DNA from: Magnetococcales bacterium
GTDB taxonomy: Bacteria > Pseudomonadota > Magnetococcia > Magnetococcales > DC0425bin3
NCBI GenBank assembly: GCA_015231175.1
Contig: JADGBZ010000010.1
Location: forward strand, 15,048-79,047
Direction: 5' to 3'
DNA length: 64,000 bases
A program made the position numbers and the translations under genes. Positions 55,908 through 64,000 of the stretch are shown here, in pieces. A model generated the notes under the pieces. The model was not told where the DNA came from. It searched no databases and was given only the letters and a program-made list of their open reading frames with translations. Numbering within the stretch: position 1 is the first letter of the stretch; every line of letters starts with the position of its first letter.

Positions 55908-56816
55908 ATGTCCGGTCGCAAAAAAATTGTCATGTTCCGCACCCTGGAGCATCACACCGCTTCCCGGTTGTATTGTCTGGCCATGGCACGCCAGGGCGTG
56001 GATCTGGTGGAAATTCCCTTCGACCACACCCTGTTGACTCAGCCGGTTCGCGAGATTCCCCCCGCCGATCTGGTCTTGATGGTGGATTGTGGCATGCCCG
56101 TCGTTTTTCCCGGTCTGCCGGAATATGCCGGTCGCAAAGGCTATGTCAGCATCGACTCGTGTCACAAGTTGGAACAACACAAGAAATATGTGGCGGATTG
56201 TGGCTTCCACGACGTTTGGGTGGCCCAGAAACATGTCGTGGATCAATTTCCGGGGAAGGGCCGTTGGCTGCCCCTGGCCGCCGACCCATGGATCCACGCC
56301 ACCCGCCCCGAATTGGCGCGGCAAGCCTTTCTCCGCTCCCGCTGCTGGGGTCCGGCGTCCTACGATGTGGGCATGTGCGGGGCGCCCTATCCCCACCGGC
56401 GGCAGTTTGCACGGCTGTTCCGGAAACATGGCTTCTCCACCAACTTCCACTTTCGACGCCGCTTTGGTGAACTGGCCACCTGGGAGTTGTCCCGTTGTAC
56501 GGTCGGCTTCAACGTGGGCGCCGGCTATACCGGCCTGAAAGGCCAGGACATGAACATGCGCATCTTCGAAACCATGGCCAACGGGCAATGCATGCTGTTG
56601 ACCAACACCTACCCTGGATTGGGTTATGAAGAGTTGTTCGAGGTGGGGGTGCATTATGCCACTTTTGCCAGCGACCAGGAGGCGCTGGACAAGGTGCGTC
56701 ATTATGTGTCTCACCCCCTTGAAGCCATCGACATGGCCCGCCGGGCCCAATCCCTGATCCTGGCCCAGCACACCTATGACCACCGCTGCCAGGCCATTCT
56801 GCGCGCCCTTTCCTGA
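55908..56816 (+). CDS. CgeB-like GT-B glycosyltransferase
   Basis: WLPLAADP, NMRIFETMANG, HTYDHR. Confidence 0.8.
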   Translation: MSGRKKIVMFRTLEHHTASRLYCLAMARQGVDLVEIPFDHTLLTQPVREIPPADLVLMVDCGMPVVFPGLPEYAGRKGYVSIDSCHKLEQHKKYVADCGFHDVWVAQKHVVDQFPGKGRWLPLAADPWIHATRPELARQAFLRSRCWGPASYDVGMCGAPYPHRRQFARLFRKHGFSTNFHFRRRFGELATWELSRCTVGFNVGAGYTGLKGQDMNMRIFETMANGQCMLLTNTYPGLGYEELFEVGVHYATFASDQEALDKVRHYVSHPLEAIDMARRAQSLILAQHTYDHRCQAILRALS

Positions 56817-56855
56817 ACAAGCATGGCCCACATCAAAAACGCATGAAAAACTGGG

Positions 56856-56984
56856 GCAACTATTCACCACCCTTTCAAAAAAAGCCTGGATATGACAGCC
56901 TTTGTCAGGGCTTCGCCCCGAACCCCACCAGGGAGCCAGCCCCCTGGACCCCGATTCGTGGCCGGATCGTGAATAAATGGTTAC
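56856..56984 (+). repeat. Type-A repeat, copy 8 (lacks middle hairpin)
   Basis: GCAACTATTCACCACCC ... ATGGTTAC. Confidence 0.85.
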
Positions 56985-58203
56985 CATAGACCCCGGAGAT
57001 CATGCCGCCGCACCCGCGACCGCTCCTGCCAACCCTCCCTGCCCCACACCGCCTGAGCCCTCTCTGGCCCCGGTTGACCTGCTCGCAAATTATGGTGACC
57101 TGATCGATTTGACGCAGGTGCAGCGTGTTTTGGTCATTTTATTACGCCACATCGGGGATGTGATTCTGACCACGCCAGTTTTTTCGGTGTTGCAAAACCG
57201 TCACCCCCATCTGCGCATCGATGCCTTGGTCAACGAGGGAACAGAAGGGATGTTGGCCGACAATCCACACATCAACGTGGTGCACGTCTTGCGGCGCCAA
57301 CAACTCAAACAAAAGGGGCTTTGGCATCGAATACACGGCGAATGGCGCCTGCTGCGCCAGATCCGGCAGGCTCGTTACAACCTGGCCATCTCCCTGACCG
57401 GCGGAGAACGGTCAACCACCCTGGCCTTTTTGGCGCGCATTCCCCTCTTTGTCTCGGCACGCGGGGGCAATACCCTGTTGGGAGGATGGATTCATCCGGT
57501 AACCCATTTGGTGAGGCACACGGGGTATCGGCGGCACTATGTGGAGCGTCACCTCGACTGCCTGCGTCACATCGGCGTGCATCCCACACCGGAAGAGCGC
57601 CGTCTGCAACTCTACGATGGCCACGCCGAACAGACCCGGGCCGAACAGTTGGTGCAGGAGATGATCCGCCAGGGTCAGGAGGATGGACGGTTCATCCTCT
57701 ATCACCCCACCTCGCGCTGGATGTTCAAGGCATGGCCCTCTGCCTGCGCTGCGGCCCTGGTGGACCGGTTGGCCACACATCCCGGCCTGCCGGTGGTCCT
57801 GACCGCATCCCCCGATGCCCGGGAGATGGCGTACATTCAAGGCATGCAGGGACGCATGCAGGCTCGGGTGATCAACCTTGCCGGTCAATTGACCCTGCGC
57901 GAACTGGTGGCCATGATCCGACGCGCCACGCTGTTCGTCGGTGTGGATTCAGCGCCCATGCACATGGCAGCGGCGGTGGGAACACCCGTCGTCGCCCTGT
58001 TTGGCCCCAGCAGCGAATGGGATTGGGGGCCCTGGTGTACCCACCAGCAAGTGGTCGCCTCGACACGCCACCCCTGTCGTCCCTGCAACATGGATGGATG
58101 CGGGGGCGGCAAGGTCAGCGATTGCCTGACCACGTTGCCGGTGGAAACAGTCCACCAGGCCATCTTGCGCCTGCTGGAACCACTCGACCCCCAGGGGCCA
58201 TAA
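56977..58203 (+). CDS. rfaQ: LPS heptosyltransferase III-like (GT9)
   Basis: LRHIGDVILTTP, HPTSRWMFKAW, GVDSAPMHMAAA, LFGPS; start uncertain. Confidence 0.8.
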   Translation: MVTIDPGDHAAAPATAPANPPCPTPPEPSLAPVDLLANYGDLIDLTQVQRVLVILLRHIGDVILTTPVFSVLQNRHPHLRIDALVNEGTEGMLADNPHINVVHVLRRQQLKQKGLWHRIHGEWRLLRQIRQARYNLAISLTGGERSTTLAFLARIPLFVSARGGNTLLGGWIHPVTHLVRHTGYRRHYVERHLDCLRHIGVHPTPEERRLQLYDGHAEQTRAEQLVQEMIRQGQEDGRFILYHPTSRWMFKAWPSACAAALVDRLATHPGLPVVLTASPDAREMAYIQGMQGRMQARVINLAGQLTLRELVAMIRRATLFVGVDSAPMHMAAAVGTPVVALFGPSSEWDWGPWCTHQQVVASTRHPCRPCNMDGCGGGKVSDCLTTLPVETVHQAILRLLEPLDPQGP

Positions 58204-58225
58204 TCGCCCATGAATACGGAACCGG

Positions 58226-58369
58226 GGCATTATTCAGGTAACCATGAATCGGGGTCCAGGGGGTTGGCTCCCTGGCAGATCCAGGACAGAGTCCTGGTGG
58301 GGTTCGGGGCGAAGCCCTGCCAAAGGCTTTCATGTCCAAGCTTTTCTTGCAAGGGTGGTGAATAGTTAC
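58226..58369 (-). repeat. Type-A repeat, copy 9
   Basis: CCAGGAC-AGA-GTCCTGG middle hairpin, GGGGCGAAGCCC, GGGTGGTGAATAGTTAC. Confidence 0.87.
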
Positions 58370-58530
58370 TTTTAACGCGCATGATGTTTTTGGCCTTGAT
58401 CGTCCTTTGGCCATGATGATCCCAAACGGTACATCCGGTTGGAAAGGTTGGAAAGGTTGGAAAACCTGCAATACGCCCCACACTGGGCGCTGAAAAACGC
58501 GCCCAGTGTGGGGCCATGGCCCGCCCCCCT

Positions 58531-58710
58531 GGGCCTTTTTTGCAAACAGCGCAAAAAAGGCCTGGGAGAAGGGGGGGCGTACAAAAACAAAACGGGGCGC
58601 TGCCCCGGACCCCGCAAGGGCGCTGCCCTTGACCCGCAAGGGCGCTGCCCTTGACCCGCCAGGGAGCCAGCCCCCTGGACCCCGATTTGCTGCCGGGTGC
58701 TGAACCAGTA
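58531..58710 (+). repeat. Type-B repeat, copy 2 (22-bp module duplicated)
   Basis: Reverse complement of 4507-4637; CCCGCAAGGGCGCTGCCCTTGA x2 at 58611-58654; GGGTGCTGAAC terminus. Confidence 0.85.
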
Positions 58711-58742
58711 TGGCTTTCCACCCTTTTCATGGATCCGACATC

Positions 58743-59861
58743 ATGCGCATCGTCTTTACTCAATTTGCCCCCCCTTTTGAACACGGCCTGGATGAAATCG
58801 CCTACCTCCGCTATGACGACTGGTATGCCAAACTGCGCCGCCACTTCGCCACCCTGGGACATGAAGTGGCCTTTGTCTCCCAGACCCGGCGCAAACAACT
58901 CCTGCACCTCCCCTGGCAGGGGTATCAGGCATTTTTTTTCCCCGTCACCAATCCCAAGGATCGCCAACACGACGGGCGTTTATGGTACTTGAGCCCGGAA
59001 GCGGAGACATGGCTGGCCGCCTTCCAACCCGACATTTTGCACGTGGTCGGGACAGGAACGGAAATGGCTCCCCGCTTTCTGCAACAGGCCGGGAACGCGG
59101 TGGCCTTCCTTTGGGAACGCACCATGCTCTCCACCACCACATTGGCTTGGCCGGAAATGCGTCTCTTCGACTATTTTCTGCTCCCCAATTCCCAGGCCTG
59201 CCAACTTGCCGCAACAGCCGGGATGGCAAAAGAACACCTGTTCCTCCTGCCCCTGGGTACGGACACCGATACTTTTCACCCCTTGGGGCAACCCCGGCGC
59301 TACGACCTGGTCAGCTCGGGCAACCTCTCCTCCCAGAAACAATACCACCGGGTGCAACGGATCGTCCTGGAGCATGGTTTGAGCTGGCTGCATGCGGGGG
59401 GGTATATCAAAGGCAAACCCTATAGCCGTCTGAACGACCTGCTCCACTCCCACAACATGCGTAAAATAGGGCTGTTTCGTGGCCTGAAACGCTCGGGTGA
59501 CGGCAAGGTGGCCTCGGCCCGGTTTTCCCATGACCGGATGCCCGAAGTGTACAATCAGGGCCGTCTGCTGGTGCATCCGTCACTCAAAGAGGGGGCGGCC
59601 CGGGCCGTTCAGGAGGCCTTGGCCTGCGCCACACCGGTGGTGGGGTTGCGCCAGGCCCTTCCCTGGGTGGAACCGGAATTTGGCCTGCTGCTGGATGATG
59701 TGAACGAATTGGAAGGCGCCATCCTGCAACTGCTGGCCGATCCCCCCAGGCTGGAGGCCATGGGAGCGGCAGGACGGAAATGGCTACAGGACAATCATGC
59801 GTTCACCCGGTTGGCGGCGTTTGTGGAAAATCTGCACGGACTCGGCAAGAGGAAGTGGTAG
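58743..59861 (+). CDS. GT4 glycosyltransferase
   Basis: GTDTDTFHP, PSLKEGAARAVQEALAC. Confidence 0.82.
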   Translation: MRIVFTQFAPPFEHGLDEIAYLRYDDWYAKLRRHFATLGHEVAFVSQTRRKQLLHLPWQGYQAFFFPVTNPKDRQHDGRLWYLSPEAETWLAAFQPDILHVVGTGTEMAPRFLQQAGNAVAFLWERTMLSTTTLAWPEMRLFDYFLLPNSQACQLAATAGMAKEHLFLLPLGTDTDTFHPLGQPRRYDLVSSGNLSSQKQYHRVQRIVLEHGLSWLHAGGYIKGKPYSRLNDLLHSHNMRKIGLFRGLKRSGDGKVASARFSHDRMPEVYNQGRLLVHPSLKEGAARAVQEALACATPVVGLRQALPWVEPEFGLLLDDVNELEGAILQLLADPPRLEAMGAAGRKWLQDNHAFTRLAAFVENLHGLGKRKW

Positions 59862-60693
59862 CACTGACCCAAGCCTGCCAGGTCATCCACATCCTGGTCA
59901 AACGGCCAACACGCACCGGGTGATCGAAAACGTTGCAGCCACATTTTTGCAGGCAGGACAGGTAGTGCCGATAGACCGCCCCCATGGCCAGGGCCGACCG
60001 AACTTCACGCCGGCCAATCTCCGTTGCCAACCGGTCGGCGTGTTGGAAATGGGCCGCAGCCGCCTCGGCAACCTGCTCCAAAACCCCCTGCAACTCCGGC
60101 AACCAGTGCCCCGCCAACACCCGATCCGGCGCTATACCCGCCCGCTGCAACATCTCCAGAGGGAGATAAATGCGCCCCATGCGGGCATCCTCGGCCAAAT
60201 CCCGTAAAATGTTGGTCAATTGCAATGCCACACCCAGATGATGGGCAAACTGGCCCGCAAGAGGAGAGTGGGCCACTCCCAACAGGCGCAAGGCCACCTG
60301 CCCCACCGCAACCGCCACCTTGCTGCAATACAACTCCAACTCCGCCATGCCTGGGTAGCGTTGCCCGACCAGATCCATGGCCATCCCGTCGAGAATGGCA
60401 AAAAAGGGTTCCGGTTCCAGGGCAAAAACGGTCTGCGCCCAGACGAGTTCCTGCGCTATCGGGTGTTGGGGAACCCCGGCAAAGGTGCGTTCCATCTCCT
60501 CCCGCCACCATGCCAACTCGATCCGCGCCATGTCTGTATTCTGGCAACAATCAACGATGTCATCCACGGAACGACAAAACGCATACAGGGCGTGCATCCC
60601 CCGCCGGCGGACTTTGGGGAAAAGACGCAAGGCATGATAGAACGAAGAGCCGGAACGACGTGTCACCTCCTGGCAATAGTCAGCCGGGGTCAT
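59803..60693 (-). CDS. hpnD: Presqualene diphosphate synthase HpnD
   Basis: SGSSFY, YAFCRSVDDIVD, LQLTNILRD, GRIYLP. Confidence 0.85.
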   Translation of the reverse strand: MTPADYCQEVTRRSGSSFYHALRLFPKVRRRGMHALYAFCRSVDDIVDCCQNTDMARIELAWWREEMERTFAGVPQHPIAQELVWAQTVFALEPEPFFAILDGMAMDLVGQRYPGMAELELYCSKVAVAVGQVALRLLGVAHSPLAGQFAHHLGVALQLTNILRDLAEDARMGRIYLPLEMLQRAGIAPDRVLAGHWLPELQGVLEQVAEAAAAHFQHADRLATEIGRREVRSALAMGAVYRHYLSCLQKCGCNVFDHPVRVGRLTRMWMTWQAWVSATTSSCRVRADFPQTPPTG

Positions 60694-61568
60694 GTGACCA
60701 CCCGATGCAAAGCCCGCATGAGGCACCCCATGCGGTCACGCCCGTCCAGATGATGTCGAATCCGCAGGGTGTTGCCACCCGAAAGCTCGATCTTGTCCAG
60801 CACCGCCATGCCGGCCTGCCAAATGACGGCCAGTTCAAGATTGAATGGCCACGACAACAGGTCGATCAGAGGATCCCCGGCTTGAAACAGCCGGCGCGTC
60901 TCCTCCACCAGATAGAGCAGCAAACTGCCCACAGCCGGAGAAAAACGCCGCTCCAGAATCAACTTTTCATCCACCCCGAACCGCTCCATCTCTTCACGCG
61001 GTACATAGAGGGGACGCCCTTTCCAGGGATCCATGCCCAAATCCTGCCAATGGTTGGTCAATTGCAGCGCCGTACAAATGGCATCCGACCACCGCAACCC
61101 TTCGGGGTGCTCCATTCCTGCAAAATGCAAGACCACCCGTCCGACCGGATTGGCTGAATAGCGGCAATAGTCCTCCAACTGTTCCACCGTGTCATAACGC
61201 TTGTTGGTCACATCCAAGCGAAAGGCGATCAGCAGTTCATACAAGGGTCGCGCCGGCAGACCCGTGGCCTGGAAGGTATGGGACAATGCCCGAAAGACCG
61301 GATGATCCGGCTGACCGGTCTCCGCCAACCGCAAGCGCCGGGACCAATCGTCCAGGAGCTGCAACCGTTCGGCGATATCACGTCCCGGCGTATCGGCAAA
61401 ATCATCCGCCATGCGGGCAAAGGCGTACACCGCATGCAGGAAGGGGCGCACCCGCCGCGGACTCAAAAAGGAACCGACAGGAAAATTTTCCGGGTGCCCA
61501 CGCACAATCTCCGCACAGTAGCGAAAATCATCCAGGAGAGCGCCGGGAATGGGTTTGGTCACACGCAT
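60690..61568 (-). CDS. hpnC: Hydroxysqualene synthase HpnC
   Basis: HPENFPVGS, FARMADDFAD, YCRYSANPVGR, NHWQD. Confidence 0.9.
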   Translation of the reverse strand: MRVTKPIPGALLDDFRYCAEIVRGHPENFPVGSFLSPRRVRPFLHAVYAFARMADDFADTPGRDIAERLQLLDDWSRRLRLAETGQPDHPVFRALSHTFQATGLPARPLYELLIAFRLDVTNKRYDTVEQLEDYCRYSANPVGRVVLHFAGMEHPEGLRWSDAICTALQLTNHWQDLGMDPWKGRPLYVPREEMERFGVDEKLILERRFSPAVGSLLLYLVEETRRLFQAGDPLIDLLSWPFNLELAVIWQAGMAVLDKIELSGGNTLRIRHHLDGRDRMGCLMRALHRVVT

Positions 61569-61587
61569 GGCCAAGCCTGAGCCGCAC

Positions 61588-63030
61588 TCATTCGGCCTGC
61601 GGGTGCAACCCAGGATCGGACGTGCCCGCCACACCTCCGAAATCGGGATCGACAGCACCCATCATGACGACTTCCACCCGGTTCCGTCCTCCCTCCTTGG
61701 CCTGGTACAAACCCAGATCCGCACATTGCAGAAGCCGTTCCACCAAACGTTGCACATCTTCACCGGAAGCCAACATTTTTTCACTCTCCGCCTGGCCAGG
61801 TTCCGCCAGACACCCCGCCAGGGTGCAGACCCCGAAACTGGCCGTCACCTGAAGGTGTTGCCGACCGATCTTGAAGCGCAGCGAAGCCACATCATGGCGG
61901 ATCTTGTTGGCCGTGCTGACCGCCGCATCCAGATCCGTTTCCGGCAGGATCACGGCGAACTCCTCGCCGCCGAACCGGGCGAGATAGTCCGACTGCCGCA
62001 ACAGGTTCCGGGTCTGCCCTGCCACCGCCGTCAGCACCTTGTCCCCGACCGGGTGACCGAAGGTGTCATTGATCTTTTTAAAATGGTCCAGGTCAAACAT
62101 AAGCATGGCGAGGGGCAGATCATGCCGCAGGCTCCGTGCCACCTCCCGTTCCATGTGCTGATCCAACGCCCGCCGGTTGGGGATTCCAGTCAAGCGATCC
62201 GTCAAGCTCTCGACCCTGGCCTGCGCCAACTCATGGGAAACCCGGGTCAGATGATCCTGCGTCTCCCGCAACTTGCGTTGACTTTCAGATAATTGCCGGT
62301 AAACAAGATGCGTATGCGCCTTGAGGGACTCGGCCTCCCGCACCAGGGTCTCCCGCAATTCAAACAGCTCTGTAACGCTGCGCGCCTCCTGCAACCGAAC
62401 GATGGCGCCGCCCAATTGTTTGTCCAGCCCTCCCGTCTGACCGCGAATTTCATGGATGTAGCCGGCAACCTCAGCCACCAGGTTGACAAACACCTCTCGT
62501 TCCCGCTTCCACTTCCGGTGCAACCCCTCCCCTGCCTGGATCACCTGGTCACAAAAAGCGGTCAACTCCTGAGCAAAAGCCGGATCATCCACCGTCTGCA
62601 ACCGATGCAGCATATCCTGGGTACCTGTCCTGATCCACGCCTCTTCCCCCCCCAGGACGGCCACCCCTTGCAACAGACGCCGGACCATCTCGCCCGACAA
62701 TCCTCCCCCGCCTGCACCCGTCCATTGCCGTTGGGCGCCTTCCCCGAACCGCTCTGTCCTGGCCCACTCTTCGGCCATTTCCCGCAGCCAACGCGCCACC
62801 TGGCGCAGTGGGTCCAAAAAACGCGGCTCCAGATCCTCCTCGGGAACCCCACGCGCCAACTCCTTCAGGATCCGCTCGACCTCCTGTTGCCGATTGACAT
62901 CCCGGGACAAGGCATACTTGACGCCATTGGTCAGGATGGAAATCAACAAACGGGTCGCCGGGTGTTCACGGTGCGATCTGCCCAAGACGGTTTCAAACAT
63001 CAACGCTCGCACAACCCTGTGCGCCTCCAT
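61588..63030 (-). CDS. Diguanylate cyclase (coiled coil + GGDEF)
   Basis: DRLTG, DLDHFK, RQSD I-site, GGEEF; start uncertain. Confidence 0.88.
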   Translation of the reverse strand: MEAHRVVRALMFETVLGRSHREHPATRLLISILTNGVKYALSRDVNRQQEVERILKELARGVPEEDLEPRFLDPLRQVARWLREMAEEWARTERFGEGAQRQWTGAGGGGLSGEMVRRLLQGVAVLGGEEAWIRTGTQDMLHRLQTVDDPAFAQELTAFCDQVIQAGEGLHRKWKREREVFVNLVAEVAGYIHEIRGQTGGLDKQLGGAIVRLQEARSVTELFELRETLVREAESLKAHTHLVYRQLSESQRKLRETQDHLTRVSHELAQARVESLTDRLTGIPNRRALDQHMEREVARSLRHDLPLAMLMFDLDHFKKINDTFGHPVGDKVLTAVAGQTRNLLRQSDYLARFGGEEFAVILPETDLDAAVSTANKIRHDVASLRFKIGRQHLQVTASFGVCTLAGCLAEPGQAESEKMLASGEDVQRLVERLLQCADLGLYQAKEGGRNRVEVVMMGAVDPDFGGVAGTSDPGLHPQAE

Positions 63031-63067
63031 GAAAGTCTGTCCAAAGGCATCCTCTCCGCCAGGAGCG

Positions 63068-64000
63068 TCATTTCTGCACGTCCCGGTCCCGCCATGCAGC
63101 CAGCACGTCCCGGCCAATGACGAAAGCCCCGCTGGCCCCAAAGTGGAAAAAGATCCACTCCACCGGCAAATCCGGCCAACGGGTTTTCATGATCTCTTCG
63201 ACATCGTCACCCACTTCGCACACCAGGAGACCCCCTGGGGCCAGATAATCCGGCGCCTGGTCCAGGATGGCCGATACCAGACGCAGCCCATCATCCCCCC
63301 CCTGCAACGCCACCGCCGGCTCATGCCGGTACTCCCTCGGCAAGGCCTCGAAAATGGCCTGCGGCACGTAGGGAGGATTGGTCACGATCAGATCGTAACA
63401 TCCCGGATCCAGATTTTGAAATAAATCCGCATGCACCAGACGAATGCGCCCTCCAAACCCGAGATGGTCCCGATTGATCCGGGCCACTTCCAGGGCATCG
63501 GCGGAGATGTCGGAAGCGTCCACCAGGGCCTGGGGAAACGCCTCTGCCAAGGCCACCGCCAGACACCCGCTCCCGGTGCACAGATCCAAAATGCGCCGCA
63601 CCCGTCCCGGATCCACCCAGGGTGTAAACCCCTCGGCATCATCGAACAAATTTTCGATGCAGGAGCGTGGGATCAACACCCGTTCGTCCACATAGTAGCG
63701 CCGACCGGCAAAAAAAGCCTCGCGGGTGATATACGGCGCTGGCCGGCGTTGGTGGATACGCACATCCAAAACCTCGGCCACTGCATCCTGATCCTCCCGC
63801 GTCACCATCAGGTCATGACACACCTCCACCGTTTCAAATGGCACGGAAAGTGCGTAACACACCAAATATTCGGCCTCGGCATAGGGATCCTGCATGCCGT
63901 TGGCGTGGCAAAGGCCGGAACGCCGCAGGCGCGAGGCCGCTCGTTGGATCAGCCGCCCCAGGGAGATGGGACGGGATCTTGCGGATTTGGAGGTGGATTT
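63068..64000 (-). CDS. prmB: Ribosomal protein L3 glutamine methyltransferase (5' end beyond window)
   Basis: RRPAPYI, DERVLIPRS, DLCTGSGC, NPPY, EVG; frame open to the window edge. Confidence 0.88.
   Translation of the reverse strand, partial: KSTSKSARSRPISLGRLIQRAASRLRRSGLCHANGMQDPYAEAEYLVCYALSVPFETVEVCHDLMVTREDQDAVAEVLDVRIHQRRPAPYITREAFFAGRRYYVDERVLIPRSCIENLFDDAEGFTPWVDPGRVRRILDLCTGSGCLAVALAEAFPQALVDASDISADALEVARINRDHLGFGGRIRLVHADLFQNLDPGCYDLIVTNPPYVPQAIFEALPREYRHEPAVALQGGDDGLRLVSAILDQAPDYLAPGGLLVCEVGDDVEEIMKTRWPDLPVEWIFFHFGASGAFVIGRDVLAAWRDRDVQK

Overview
GC-rich chromosomal window, most likely from a magnetotactic coccus (Magnetococcales). That assignment is inferred from gene content and style: a ThiS-ThiG fusion, an MCP-hemerythrin fusion, many hybrid kinases, and nifQ. 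Housekeeping genes include argJ, mutT, mreBCD-mrdA-rodA-lpxD, glnD, aroQ-accBC, xerC, thrC, hpnCD and prmB, plus an LPS/glycan glycosyltransferase cluster. Three things stand out. (1) A dense family of ~130-200 bp structured intergenic repeats with GTAAC...GTTAC inverted termini and three triloop/tetraloop hairpins: 9 type-A copies, 2 type-B copies, one split copy and a related tandem pair. They show compensatory base changes and sometimes supply start or stop codons to host genes. (2) An IS110 (bridge-recombinase family) right end joined precisely at a CT core inside one of these repeats. It marks the left edge of a ~12.5 kb AT-richer signalling island (sigma54 activator, two hybrid kinases, HD-GYP regulator; IS701-like and IS1 remnants) that splits both that repeat copy and the LPS cluster. 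(3) A hybrid histidine kinase missing from the ORF track (runs off the left edge) whose N-terminus is an ETR1-type ethylene-binding domain. No rRNA, tRNA or CRISPR array was seen. All calls are by eye; no searches were run.
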